Shown here one piece after another: positions 23,801-35,473 of a stretch of 64,000 bases of DNA. The DNA lies in assembly GCA_051362555.1 (NCBI GenBank), contig CM120640.1:71216788-71280787 (forward strand), read 5' to 3'. The notes under the pieces were generated by a model. It was not told the DNA's origin, ran no database searches, and saw nothing but the letters and a program-made list of their open reading frames with translations. This DNA comes from Lingula anatina. Lineage: Eukaryota > Animalia > Brachiopoda. The translations under genes were made by a program, and so were the position numbers. The first letter of the stretch is position 1, and every line of letters begins with the position of its first letter.

Positions 23801-24604
23801 ATAATGTCCAAATGTGCTCAGGTCAAGGGTTAAAAGGGAAAGGGCAAAGAAACCACATGGTGAAGAATGAATGAATCCAAAGTAAACATGCTCAGTTGAC
23901 ATGCATATAAATATGTAGAGATAAATAACAAAATATGTCATAAATCAAAGCATAGCAATGATAAAACGCAAAACTCAGATACTAACTTCAATATTTTCCA
24001 ACACCCAAGACCACTGCCAGTTATAAATATATATACATGTAAACATCTTAACAGGAGTCATTCTATGCAATGACTGCCATACAGTATCTGCATGTACATG
24101 GTACATGGATAACAACTGTTAGAATCTTTATGATACATGCACAATGTACCTATAGCCAGGACTGTTACTTACTCAGTACACAGGTTTTAACTGTTTTTAT
24201 GTTTAAGGTCAACTTAAAAAATAAATGAGATAAATGATTTGTATGATAGCTTCTCAAGCTTCTACTCTTCGTATAAACATGATATTTTTTTACAATCTGC
24301 CATTGAAAATGTAAAATCTTCCAAGTATTTCATTATTACCTTACAGCATATAGGCACAAACGGTATAAACTAATAGTTTACAATATACCATTAGTAAATA
24401 GTAGTCATATGCTCATACACTGTAAACTTCACTTACCAATAACTGATCCCTGAGAAATCCTATGTCTTCAGTTGTGAACTGCTGGCGCAGTGTGACTGGC
24501 TCCGAGTATGTTCGAACATGTGGAGGGCGTTCATATGGAGGAGCTGGTGGCTCTCCATGAAAGCTGTGATACATGACTGGGGCCTCACTGTTATCTTCAT
24601 ACAT
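2601..24604 (-). CDS. Large multi-exon coiled-coil protein (~1,532 aa, 30 coding exons; centrosomal/golgin/myosin-tail-like, orthologue not identified)
   Basis: Exons joined by hand with GT-AG sites and matching phases: 24604-24437, 19987-19920, 19110-18738, 18245-18148, 17798-17654, 17239-17114, 16520-16395, 16139-15972, 15680-15555, 15392-15225, 15014-14943, 14731-14666, 14411-14250, 13804-13725, 13373-13277, 12533-12448, 12179-12116, 11748-11579, 11254-11130, 10614-10449, 10031-9905, 9250-9200, 8856-8815, 7667-7522, 7284-7186, 6994-6896, 5248-5187, 4912-4583, 4415-3575, 2748-2601. Sum is 4599 nt, one open frame ending TAA at 2603-2601. The protein is E/Q/K/L heptad-rich with a S/P/K-rich disordered tail. 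A few small exon boundaries are less certain. Confidence 0.85.
2981..3194. mobile_element. PIF/Harbinger (Tourist-like) MITE in the last intron of the coiled-coil gene
   Basis: Imperfect TIRs GACTGCATTCCCAC ... GTGGGAATGGGGTC. TTA on both sides (2978-2980, 3195-3197) forms a 3-bp TSD. Confidence 0.7.
4025..4380 (-). repeat. Coding minisatellite: ~11-12 x 30 bp encoding (G-Q/E-T/R-H-P-E-N-T-G-S)n
   Basis: Unit TTTTCAGGGTGTGTCTGTCCTGACCCCGTG repeats with a 30-bp period inside exon 4415-3575. Confidence 0.95.
5680..5855. repeat. Intronic tandem repeat, ~3 x 60 bp
   Basis: TTTTATATATAGTATATAATGTGGTTATAC...ACACAACCAAGTCTTACACTCAC occurs three times, the third copy diverged. Confidence 0.85.
8996..9156. 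repeat. Degenerate intronic repeat with core GTGTTAGGTGAGA (4 copies)
   Basis: Core at ~8998, 9051, 9111 and 9143. Two copies share ATCAAACTGAGTGTGTTAGGTGAGA. Confidence 0.7.
10258..10495 (-). repeat. ~91-bp tandem duplication (3 copies) of exon end + donor, with TTAGGG-like spacer
   Basis: Transcript-strand unit AGACTGGAGAAACAGGCAGAG...TCTCAGGA|GTAAG..CTAGGGTTAGGGTRTGGGTTAGGG..., with donors at 10448, 10357 and 10266. Confidence 0.9.
11835..11884. repeat. (CA)n microsatellite
   Basis: About 25 CA units. A second (TG)n run lies at ~11545-11574. Confidence 0.95.
13453..13737 (-). repeat. 34-45 bp minisatellite (8 copies) made of exon end + donor + G-runs
   Basis: TGACCTCTGTATCT at 13455, 13500, 13539, 13573, 13607, 13641, 13681 and 13721. 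The transcript strand reads GGAGATACAGAG|GTCAGTAACTGGTGGGGGTGGGG. Confidence 0.95.
16594..16930. mobile_element. Non-autonomous TTAA-targeting MITE (Kolobok-like termini AG...CT)
   Basis: Perfect 17-bp TIR AGGGATAATAACTCTTC ... GAAGAGTTATTATCCCT, flanked by CTAA (16590-16593) and TTAA (16931-16934). Confidence 0.75.
17955..18192 (-). repeat. ~130-bp tandem duplication of exon end + donor + intron start
   Basis: TGAGAATGGAAACCTTCCA(G/A)CAGAGAGAGCAGATGAA..GAG|GTGAG...TCAGATATGTC...GTAACTTTAAA occurs twice, with donors at 18147 and 18018. Confidence 0.9.
19603..19936 (-). repeat. Exactly 100-bp tandem repeat (3+ copies) spanning exon end + donor
   Basis: TGTC(C/T)CTTAGTGACTG at 19621, 19721, 19821 and 19921. 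Each unit carries CAGTCACTAAGRGACAG|GT on the transcript strand. Confidence 0.95.
20721..22521. mobile_element. Non-autonomous Tc1/mariner-superfamily TIR element (1.8 kb), intronic
   Basis: TIRs CTCTGAAGTGCCGAATAA ... TTATTTGGCACTTCAGAG with TA on both sides (20719-20720, 22522-22523). Three subterminal GGAATAAC(A/T)GTGCCCCC(C/T)GGAAAA repeats on the left and related CGTGCCG motifs on the right. No transposase ORF. Confidence 0.85.
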
Positions 24605-25050
24605 TGTGCTGAGGATAAAGATAAGCAACAAATGTACAGTATATCTGACTATGGTGCATGGACATCATTTTGTTCATATTTACTTTTGCTGCTTGTTGAG
24701 GGGGTTGTATTTACCGACAATGAGATTGAGGATATCATGTCAGCGTAATTCTCACACCGTGTTGACAGAGCAGAGATAGTGGCATGCAATATATTTACGA
24801 GCACTACTACTAGTAAGTTCACTTACGTGTCAGAAGTGTTCAAATTCCAGATAGAGCCAACATATTCTAAGATACGTAGCTATATAAGTCATATTGAAAG
24901 AGAAAATAGGTCATGTTAATGCTATTCGTTTACAGATGATAAATGCGCTCTTGAATGGTTTGAATTTTACTAATTTTAGACATAACGAGCAACGTTACAA
25001 ATTAATTTAACTGTTATTATCCACATTTTCAGTAGCAATAAACACTTTAC

Positions 25051-25202
25051 CTTTAAAATGCAACTGCGTCAAAATAGTTTTAAGAAAAAAATGTTATCTG
25101 CGTAGAATATTCAGGGGTCATTTCTAAGTGGAATTTCACCGAAAAAGTCCTATAAATGTTGAATCGCACGAAGCTTCAACGCACGTACACGGCGGCCATG
25201 TA
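25051..25202 (-). promoter_or_regulatory. Probable non-coding first exon / TSS region of the coiled-coil gene
   Basis: Minus-strand donor AAG|GTAAAG at 25051/25050. The exon at 24608 opens with an acceptor only 4 nt before the ATG, so an upstream exon is needed. YY1-like ACATGGCCGCC on the minus strand near 25191-25202, with locally raised CpG. Confidence 0.5.
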
Positions 25203-25532
25203 TAAACAACCCTTGATACTAAGCTGCCTGTGCTGCCCTCTGCACAAGACAGGCTGAAGATATTTATTTAATTTCGTTACCGTAATGAGTTTTTAGCCTT
25301 GCTGTCACCTGCTGTGACCTTCGCGACAAACTCGGCGTTGATTCACACAGGTTATCGAGTAGAAAATGAACTTAAACTTCAATCAGAACAACGGGCAGCA
25401 ACAAAATAGCTAGGTACGTCAGTTGGGGATCGCAAATCTCGATGTAGGCCTACTGTATATATAAATAAATGTAGTGTGGATGATTTTTTAACATAAAGGT
25501 ACAGTATGAAGGCTTTTTGGGGATCACTTTAA

Positions 25533-25790
25533 GGCTTCGTTCACATGGAATGTCTATTTTCTAAAAATCTATTTTCTATTCGCGCTATCTTATGATCACG
25601 GTCTGTGCCCTGAATATCCCGCCGCGTAATTACTGGCAGCGCGAGCCAGTTACTTATAGTAACTTATAGTAACTGGCTCGCGCTGCCAGTAATTATGCCG
25701 CGGGATATTCAGGGCACAGGCCGTGATCATAAGACATACCGCCAATAGAAAATAGAATTTAGAAAATAGACATTGCATGTGAATGAAGCC
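25533..25790. mobile_element. Fully palindromic 258-bp MITE (PIF/Harbinger-like), copy 1
   Basis: GGCTTCGTTCACATG...CATGTGAATGAAGCC with arms complementary over ~120 bp and TAA on both sides. A second copy is at 59413-59670. Confidence 0.9.
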
Positions 25791-27076
25791 TAAATTCTTC
25801 GTCTTACCAAATATAAACCACACATTGTTTTTCCATTTTAAAAAGAAAAAAAAAAAGAATATATGAAATGAAATAAGATATAGGGGCCTATGTAGGTCCG
25901 AAAAACATAGTCCAATTTCCTTAAAATTAAGACCAGTCATGCTTTTACGCCAATATATCAGTTTCGTATGGTCTAAGTGCCGTTTTTATATCATTTTATA
26001 TGCAAATAGGCCACTGTTAGGCCTTGACATATATTTCGAGTGACTCAAATCGTCTTAAATATTATCTTTTCTCTTCCAAATATTACACATTCATTCTCAA
26101 TTTATAGGTTCCTTTGAAGAAAGCATAATTTTAGGTGAAAAGGGAAGTTAAGATATATTTTCGAATTCTACTAGTACTTTTTCAAAATCTCTGGTGACAG
26201 AAAGTGATAAATCAGGCTATTTGTGTAAATTACTGAAAATTTTTAAAATTCATGCCTTGCAAGTATGGGGAATTTTCGTATCCAGTAACGAAAGGTTTTA
26301 GCCTATTTTAGTAACAGAAGTTTAAAATAGCCCTTTTGGATATAATATTCGCGCTCACTCACAAACAACAGTTGGCTGGTTATATGCGAATCAAATCCAA
26401 ACCCTCCTATGGCCAGCTCGTTTCAAGATCAGAACCTCATTTAGAATGTGAAGGATATCCTCGGAAATGGATAACTGAGGGATAACCCTGCAAGCAAAAA
26501 TGGTCTCTTACTATCTTAGACTGCATGTGGAACGCCATTGCTGCGCTAACGTTACAGAACTTTTTGACTCCACGTACAGACGCGACAGGTGCGTCCACCA
26601 ATCCAGAGAATATTGTACAAATACCACAAATGTAGCTTTGATTTTTTTACTCTGGTTAGTTTATTCAATGGTTGTACAATAAGTAAATTTAAATGAAAAA
26701 ATAATTTTAGAAGTTAAGTAAAGAACATATTAGGTTCATGCCATGATTTTCTGTATCAATTTACGCATGGAGTTGAGGTTTCACATTTTTTCCAGGATAC
26801 AAAATTTGCTCAAAATTTAAGGAAACGTGATTTACAATGAAATCTACTAGCTGTAATCTGGTGATCTAGTCTTAACCAGTTTAAAGCCACAAAGAGTTAG
26901 GAAATCATCTAGTTAAAATGTTTAAGTGAAGCATTAAATTTTACTTTAGGGAAACAGGATTTTTTAAAAATCAAGAGCTAATGTTTGGCTAGCCCCATGG
27001 GTCTAGGCTAGAAAGCATCCTTTGTCTAAAACAATAAAAATTCTTATTTCAATATTTATGAATAAATGAATGAGGC

Positions 27077-27077
<1 letters not shown>

Positions 27078-27128
<51 letters not shown>
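27078..27128. repeat. (AAT)n microsatellite
   Basis: About 17 perfect AAT units. Confidence 0.95.
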
Positions 27129-27130
<2 letters not shown>

Positions 27131-28533
27131 TCAAGAATGAGCATAGCGCGAGAGGGTCAGCCTTTTAAGATTGAAATGTTCCAATCTTCAATATTCGAAT
27201 AAAATTCAGAACTGGGTAACCAGTTCGAAAGCAAAATTTTATGTGAATTTATAATGCAACCCAAAGAGTACTTTACATTGCTATACCGCTTATAGGCGTT
27301 CAGAGGTTAAATCAAGACTGAATGAAATCGTTTTTGTGTTAACCGCGTCATTCGGCAGTTAATTTTAGCTGCCAAATATCAACTTCACATTTTCCAACCA
27401 TTCAAAACTAGGTAAGGGAGAATACAAAACGCTGATCACCCAAACCCAAAATAGAGATGCATTTCACGAGTTCAAGTCTCAAAAATGAAATTGAATGAAT
27501 TAGAAGTAGTATATAATTTTTTAAAACTTATATGTGTATAGAACAAAAATCCACAAATGTCCCAATTTTACGCCCAAGTGTTTCTGTTTTGTAAGCAAAT
27601 AAAGCGACGGCTGTTTCAAGTAAAAAAGTGTAAGAAAGAACATACGTTACGGCTGAATCGCCTAATACAAATTACGATCATAAGTTAAGCGCTGTGGAAA
27701 TTTGTGCAACCTAAACACTTTCAGAACCCTATAAGTCATTAATAATGGAAAAGTGAAAGGAAAATACACCAGATCTTGGAAAATAACTTTCAAACTAAAG
27801 ATCATTTTTCTTTACACTGTCCAGGTAGAAGACTATTTCAATAGCAGTAATTGTCAATTGTATAGAGAGTTGAAAACTCTGTTTCCTAAAAGCTATCTAC
27901 CACTGGTCATATTCTTCGTGAATTTAAATTTCATTGAAACTTTCAATTTTTTCAGTGTATTGGTTACAATAACAACTATGCCTCGCATCTTTCGCGGACC
28001 ATAATGTAACGTATGTTCCACAGCCACAGAAAAGATAAGGGAGACGAGTTTAATAAATATAAATAATATATTTTTTCAGTTTTTTCGTAAAATTTATTGA
28101 GATGTTTAAAAGTAACTCAGACATCAAAAGTGATAACCTATTACACAACAGGATCCACGTATCAAACGTCTTAATCATTTGTATGTAAAGGAATAAAGAT
28201 CCTAGAAACATCTAACCTAGGACCTCTTTAAACGAAGCCATTTTCAACAAACCTAGCTATAAGTTTTCCAACACAGCAGAGATATCGTTCAAAATGAGCT
28301 TTGCTAACATCTTCTCTGAAAGGTCCACATTTTCTTGCAAATTTCGACATTTTTTGGGGGGAAATATATATAATGTTTGTTTTATCTATAAAAAGTAAGT
28401 GGCTCATAAAATTGCGTTTCTAAGTCTTTCCATTGAGTGAGTGTAAGAAACGGATCTCACTTTAGAGTCCAAGGGTTTCTATGTCCCTTATCAGCCGCTA
28501 TTTAAGGCAAATTACAGGCTACATGAATAGCGT

Positions 28534-30573
28534 TCAGGTCGCTTGGTGTGATTTTAAACATTCGTTGCGATTTTCCTGCCGCAGATGGTTCCTCAACACG
28601 ACACAAGATATTGTCGAAAGGTATCCAAATGGTGTCATTGGAAGAGACTTTTCCGTTTCTCTAAAATGCTGATCTCTGCCTCTCTGTCTAATTCGTCGAT
28701 ATCTTGTACTATGTACCATTTTTTCTCATAGACCACTGCTACAAAATCGCCTACCGTCACCGTCTGCCCAGTGATGCGATGGGTTATTGCCATTTTCTTT
28801 GCTCAATCTTGTTTCAATTTCTACGGGTGCTGGTACAAGCAAATGTGTTTCTTCCCAGGTGTCACACAATCTGCCCCGGATAACTGACAAGAACTTAAGT
28901 TTTCTCACTTTCACTTTGCTACGATGTAAAATATGCATTTATTTCTGTACTGGCTGGTCGGACTGTCCGTCCAGTAATGGATGGTTTCCAGCTCGGGCAC
29001 AAGGTTTTTCACGTGTGGCATAACTTTCGACAGTATTGCATACACGGTAGAAGCCGAATGACTTGTTTCATCAGAGACAGCGATAAGGCTCTGGTGGGCC
29101 AGCTTCCCATCCTCATCACGATAGTGGATGACAACGGGGTGGAGGGTAACGCTAGTTTTGTACAAGTAGGCGGACTGGATCTCGTCGGCGGACCTACATA
29201 CATAGTTTGCCGCAAAATCCATCTGTATAGTCACATGGTTTCTTGGAAGAGTTTCCTTGAGATTTCTTAATTGCTCGTACTGTGTTTTTACTCTGCCAAC
29301 GTGCTCGCCGAATTCTTTCTTTTGGTTACTGAAGAAGGACAAGAACTCGTCTTTCTGAACTTTATTCTCACATAAGCGCATGGCTTTTTTTTTTTGCGGT
29401 CTTTGTCTTAGATTTCCACTCGTTTCCACTGACTGTATTTAACTTTTTCGGGTAATTTTTGCCACTCACTCTTGTTTTAGTCTGTACAGCCTTTAATGAA
29501 CGCATCAGGACTAAGTGATACATTTATACCCTCCCGTCTGAGAGCCTTTAGAAGCAGCGCCATATTCTGGTGCTTTGTGCAAAGACAGCTGTGTCTGGCA
29601 ATATGTGATGCAGTAGGCCTACATGTCTGGGTCGAAGGCGTCGAAAGGTTTCCAATGATATCTTTATGTTCGGATTCTCACTCATAAACTTGTAGTATAA
29701 GTTAGCTATGTAATCTGTCAGCACTCTAGTTTGCATTTTCTCTCTATCTTCTGATTTGCTTTTCCAGGTTGGGCTCTACTATTGTCGTCTCTTTTAAAAA
29801 AATTTGTACAGCTTGCCTGTTTTTTTTTCTGCTACTCGTATCCGTCGACCTTTCGACCAGTTCATCCCCTTTTCGCGAGTCCTCGACAAACGATTCCGGC
29901 ACATGCCAGTAGCAGCAGAAAGATGTTTGAGACAACGATACTTCTTCGCAATCTTCCCAGCCACAATATTATGCAAAATTTTCATCTTACTTCTTGGTGT
30001 TACTCGTTTAGCTTGACCCACTTCAGCTACTAAAACATTTCCTATATGTAATTGCTTCCTCACAGTGTTAGCTTGGGTCCTATTCAACATAGCCTGTCGT
30101 ATGGTGCGTTCTGTCTTGGTTTTGGGGCTTGTGGGAAATTCAGGTGATTCTATATTTCGTCTTCGACAACGGCTAAATCGTTGCCGGATAGAATTCTCCC
30201 TCTTTTTCATGGCATTTACCTGTGCCTGTAGTTCTTTAATTGTTCTTTGTGCCTGCCTTAAGTTTCTACTAAATCTTTTATCTCCACGTTGTGGCCACCT
30301 CACACATACAACAAGCCTCTCCGGTAGTGATTGCTTTGGACTTGCCTCCGTAACTTCTATAGCAGCTAGAAGCTCTTGTTTCCTTTGGTGAAGTCTAAAT
30401 TTTCGTGCTTTAGTCTACGCATTTCTCTTTCGTCTTTCACGGTCGCTTAAGGAGGCGGAAGGTATATAGTATTTTTGAACTCTTTTTCTTTCCCTTTCCA
30501 GATATGCCTCACCCTCATTTTTCTTTTTACGAGATCGATAATTTTTTTGAATCTCAGCTCTTGTTTTCGCCAT
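28534..30573 (-). pseudogene. Frameshifted, internally deleted Sola2-like transposase
   Basis: ATG at 30573 (MAKTRAEIQKNYRSRKKK...). The fragments read QMDFAANY..EIQSAY..VTLHPVVIHY..SDET.HSASTVYAIL..IHYWTDSPTSQYRNK, matching the DF(A/S)ENY and SDG..QYKN motifs of Sola2 DDD transposases. There are multiple stops and frameshifts, and the HGKGxxDG third catalytic motif is absent. Confidence 0.8.
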
Positions 30574-31495
30574 TTTCTGAAAAGTAAATATATATATATA
30601 AAATAATGATATCTTTCCGTCCGTCTCTTGAGTGATGGATTAAAGCTTACTTTTTACGCCCCTTCTTATATACATGTACAGTAGTTCATATCGTGTCCAC
30701 CTGTTCAATCGTTCATAGCATTGTTCATATAATAAGTGCGCATTACTACTCTGCGCACATCCGGTTCATTTACAACCCGTGATGATTGAATTTTCAAAGT
30801 GATTAAAACGTTTCCACAGCTTTTGCATTTGTGACAGTACTTAACGTATGTTCCTTTTTGGGGTTGGATGAGGAATTATTTTTTATTATTCGTGGTTCCA
30901 GGAAAGTGAAACTTTAATAAAACCTTCTTTATGTTGGACCCTAAAATAATCAAACATAGTTTGTAATCTTTGCACTACATATTTTTAGGAACATGTCTGT
31001 GACGTCATTTGCACCTCTATATATATATTGGGTTTGGGTGTGATATCTTCTTTTGTTTTACCCGGTTCAATACTGCAGACAAGTGTCCCTCCTTAAGCTT
31101 CGAAAGTTTCCCTTTTATCCACTCCCCATCACCTAGAAAATGTTTTCATCCATGTGCTCCCACCCCTCCATTTTTTCAAAAACCAATTAAGCTTCTTTCT
31201 TTGTCAGATACTGGACTGGGTGGGGGTGGGGAGACAGGCAGGCACAACAAACACATTGCACATTCTGTATGTGGTAGTGTCTTTGTTGTATTTAGAGCAA
31301 TAAAGCCCTATATATACACTTGTGTTATTTATATAATCATTTAAATTGAAAATATATATCATGTTCAAAAGGGTACCAAGACAAAATAACTAAAATAATA
31401 ACTTAATTAAAATGATTCGAAACTTTTAAGAGGCCACGCACTAGCTCTCACTCCGCATGTTTTGATGACGTAGAACACAACGTCTGAGGAAGCTC

Positions 31496-31812
31496 ATGGA
31501 TTTATACAGAAGAAGCGACCAGACTTCTCCAAAGTCTAGTCCAAGGGGCTCTCGATCACCTGCCATACCAAGACAAGACTCGACTGGAACACTCAAAACA
31601 ACCATTGCACTCGGAAAGAATCCGGCAATCATACAGAAAGGCCCTTTTTACCTTATGAAAGAGCCACCAGGTGAGGCGCCGGCACTTTGCAGTACTCACA
31701 GTTACAATATATTAAGTCTCGACGAAAGATAGTGTTTTGCTACTTCTCAGCTTCTTTCTCTTTATTTAGGGACGGCCTTGTCAGATAATAAGACTGTTTG
31801 GGCACACACACG

Positions 31813-31853
<41 letters not shown>

Positions 31854-33844
31854 GCAACAGTGTAATTGACAACAGACTAATTTTATTGAAATTCTGACAA
31901 GTTTGAATACCACTCCGGTTGTTTGCAAGTCTGAAAGATACAAGTGAAGTTGAGATGGAAAAGGCAATCATGTGATAATTTGAAGTGCTAGCTAGCGCTG
32001 TTACAGTGCGATAGGTATACAGATATAGTCACTTAAAAAAAAGTGTCAGCTCTTTTAACAGCCTCACACTTCTGTTCCATTCCCCTTACCTGTGATCTAT
32101 GATTATTAATACATACATTATTTGGGAGAAGTTTCTGAAACATGAATTCAGTAAGGTCTGACATTGTCCAAAATATACCTTCTGTAGATTTACCTCAATA
32201 TCATATTTCAGATGAAGCCAAGTTGACAGGGAACACCAACTTGCTATCTTACCATGGGTTGGAGCATTCCTACAACAAGTTCTGTGGCAAAAAGATCAAA
32301 GAAGAACTTAATGCATTCTTGCCAAATCTTCCAGGAAATATCGATGCACCTGGAATTCAAGACAACAGGTACTGCAAAAATTTGGCACTTTTATTTTAAG
32401 TATTGTCATTTTTATCAAAAATGTATTTATTTGAACTCAAGCACTTTGATCATAAGTGATACATTGAAAAAAAATAATGATGCTGTCTGTTACTTTTTTC
32501 CCCTGTTGCCCTACCTTATTTTTACACAGGACTTAGCACATTGAATTTTTCTCGATGGTTCATTCTAATTTATTTTCTTAATTTATGTTGGTTTTCCAGC
32601 TCTCTCCGCTCTTTGATAGAAAAGCCACCTATAACTGGCAAGGAATTGATTCCTTTATCTGGATCAGCATTAGCAGGTTTTAGACTACACCCTGGGCCAG
32701 TAAGTGTACTGACAAAACTGAGTTGAAAAAAAAAAATACATAACTAATCTAACCCGGACTCTCTCATGTTATGAAAATAACATTTTCAATTAATTACTCA
32801 AATCATGACCCTTTATGAATTTTGGTTTTGCCCATCTTTTAATTGGCAGTTTTTATGTAAAAAGAAAACAAATACATTTCCAATTTTACAAGATTAGTCT
32901 TTTTTTGGAATTTTCTTTCATTTATAAGTAAATATTTATCATTGTTATAATTTAGCTACCAGAGCAATACCGTCTCATGCATCAGATGCCTCCTAAAAAG
33001 CACAAACATAAAAAGAAACGGAAAGAGGAAACAAAAGAAGGGCCATTGCAAGAAAATCAAGGTAAGTTACAGCAATATTTATTACTAGGTATACAAGAAT
33101 TTATCATTATTATTATTATTTTTAAAAAATTCCTTTCTATCCTCTTCGCATTTACGTAAATAATTTTTTTATTTGTTTTAAAAATCAAAGAGAGGTCAAT
33201 GGCTGCTTTGGAAAAGTTACCAAGTTTTGAAAGTCTGTGTAGCTTTTTAGTATCCCATGCAGTGGAAGGATATCAACATGTTAACATGTAATCACTTATT
33301 TCAGCTTTTGCCATTAAATTCTTTATTTCCTTTCAGATAATGCGTCAGAAGCCAGTGTGGAACAGAAGACGAAACATAAAAAGCAAAAACGAAGTGATGA
33401 AGAGAGAGAAAAACGGAAAAAGAAAAAAGAAAAGAAGAAGAAGAAAGTAAGTTCATTTATCTGATAATGAAATGTAGTCATAAATGTTAACAACATAACT
33501 AAATTGCTTCTTTGTATCAATGAACACTAGGGAAAATGTTTGTTTTCCAACTGTTGGTGTTATAATGATTATTTGAGTTAGACAATGGTAGAATATTATT
33601 TTCCCTTTTTAAAATTTTATTAAAATCTTTGTTATCATGCCATAAATCCATATCATACTGGATTTTGATCAATTGATTCAGTAACTATATAATTTGTGTA
33701 TCTTAGAAAACTCTTAGAAATGTCTTAGAAATAAAAAGGAAAAAAAGAGGCAAACTTATTGATGAAAATATTTTTATTTTCCAGCAAAAGCACAGTCCAG
33801 AACACCCAGGTCCATCCACAGAAGGAAGCTCAAAGATTACATAG
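31496..33844 (+). CDS. MED19: Mediator of RNA polymerase II transcription subunit 19 (~235 aa, 6 exons)
   Basis: Exons 31496-31670, 32212-32368, 32600-32699, 32956-33061, 33337-33446, 33785-33844 (708 nt, in frame, TAG). The motifs SPKSSPRG.RSP, RQDSTGTLKTTI.LGKNP, GPFYLMKEPP, LTG.TNLL.YHGLEHSYNKFCGKK.KE.L..FLPNLPG.ID.PG..DNSSLRSLIEKPPI and LAGFRLHPGPLPEQYR, plus the K-rich tail, are MED19 signatures. Confidence 0.96.
31803..31853. repeat. Compound (CA)n(GA)n microsatellite in MED19 intron 1
   Basis: Direct read of the sequence. Confidence 0.9.
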
Positions 33845-35335
33845 TCTCTGTAGAACAAGGACCATATGGAACAGCATAGGAAAGTTCACTCAACTACAGC
33901 GTGGACGTGGTCTTTTTCATATCAGAAATATGCAGTGATGGCAGCTATATACCACAGAAAAACCAGTAATGTCAGTTAACTCAGATGTCATCAGAGGACA
34001 ATGGGGGCATCCAGAAACAGCACAGTTAAATCAGTATTTATTTAAACTCCGGAAGTCAGGATTGGAATACTGTTGGTCTCTTTGATTACTTTTGTCTCCT
34101 GGGTTTCTGTCAGTTTGCCCTAGATTATAGTCATGTATTGGGAAAACTGGGACACAGTGGCCTCATTATTGAGAAGTGCAAGCACTCTTTACTGTCAGCA
34201 GTTCGTCGTTTTTTACCATGGTTACAGTTGGAACATTGCTAGATGGCATCTGTGTTGTCAAGGATAATCAATATAGTATCTTAAAGAGTGAAAGCTTTTT
34301 TTTCCTCAATTTTTGAAGGTAAACACCATTCAGTCAGGAGGTGTCTGGGTTGAGGTGAGAAAATTGTCACAGATGCCTTGTTAGTGTTAGTGCTGTCACC
34401 TCTGCAAAGAGGAATGGGGTGCAGGGCAGGCCAGGTGGTCTTGTCTCATGACTCACTTTTCACACGGTTCTTTCCACTTCAAAACACAACTGTTCAAGCC
34501 AGGAGTTTGATCAGAGACAGACCAGTATCAAAGTCTAGTCACTTACATTACCTCTGTCATACCATGACTTCCAGTGGATTTACATACTTTAATTGCAGTT
34601 AAGGACTAGTATCACATGTTTTACATGTCCAATGCTGTATCTTGTATAAACTGTACATCTTTGTTAATACACTCTTGTACATTTTGTAAATAACTTGTAG
34701 ATTTTTATAAGTAAAATTTGAAAAACTACTGTATGTCTGAAATATATTTATCTTTTTTTTTTTTTGGGGGGGGGGGGATATTTTGTTTGTTTTTTTTTAA
34801 ATTTCATTTTATTTAGATAGTTATAATTTTTTTGGTTATTTTTTTTAAGTCAACAAAAACAAAAAATGTGAGCAGCAGTGTCTTGTATTTGAAATTTGTG
34901 TTATTACATTACTTTATATGAAAGAAGTGTGTACTGTAGAATAAACTGTACAAAAGTAGTCTTAATTAGTTTAATTTGATATATGGTATGACAGTTAATT
35001 TTCAGGAGTTGAGCCAATCCTTTTGTTATTGGTGCAACTTCAGTGTATTTCTGCTCAATAATACACCCGTTGAAAATCACAATTTCTTCCTCACTGACAA
35101 AAAAATATACTAGGTAAAAAACACTAGATATGAAACATCGAGTAAGTATTATAAGCCAAAAAATCTTTATAATATTTTTGAAAATGTATCACCTTGTTCT
35201 TATCACGATGTGCTTGCCGACTGCGAGTGTTTGAATTTAAAATAAAATAGTTTAATACGGTTGAACCTAGGGGAGATAATGTTTCCAAATGAAAACGCGA
35301 TTTCTTGCCGACAGCCAAACACAAGATTCTGCTGA

Positions 35336-35404
35336 CCAATGGCTAAAGCCGTGACATGTTGACGTCACCACATAATTTTAGATCTGGGTCACCTCTGTTA
35401 TAAA
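35336..35404 (+). promoter_or_regulatory. Nucleoredoxin core promoter: CCAAT, palindromic CRE, TATA
   Basis: CCAAT 35336-35340, TGACGTCA 35360-35367 and TATAAA 35399-35404, in canonical order ~70-140 bp upstream of the ATG at 35474. Confidence 0.65.
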
Positions 35405-35473
35405 GCGAGTAGGGTATCCCTAGCTTCTTTATTTGTTGACTGATACTGTGGAAAATCTCGACTAACATTAATT

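Larger units (their letters stand above)
25883..31017 (-). mobile_element. Decayed Sola2-type DNA transposon (boundaries tentative)
   Basis: Contains a Sola2-like transposase remnant. Candidate termini GGG...CTC match the GRG...CYC rule and are flanked by TATA (25879-25882, 31018-31021). TIR similarity is weak. AACGTATGTTC recurs at ~27638 (reverse), ~28008 and ~30843. Confidence 0.55.
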
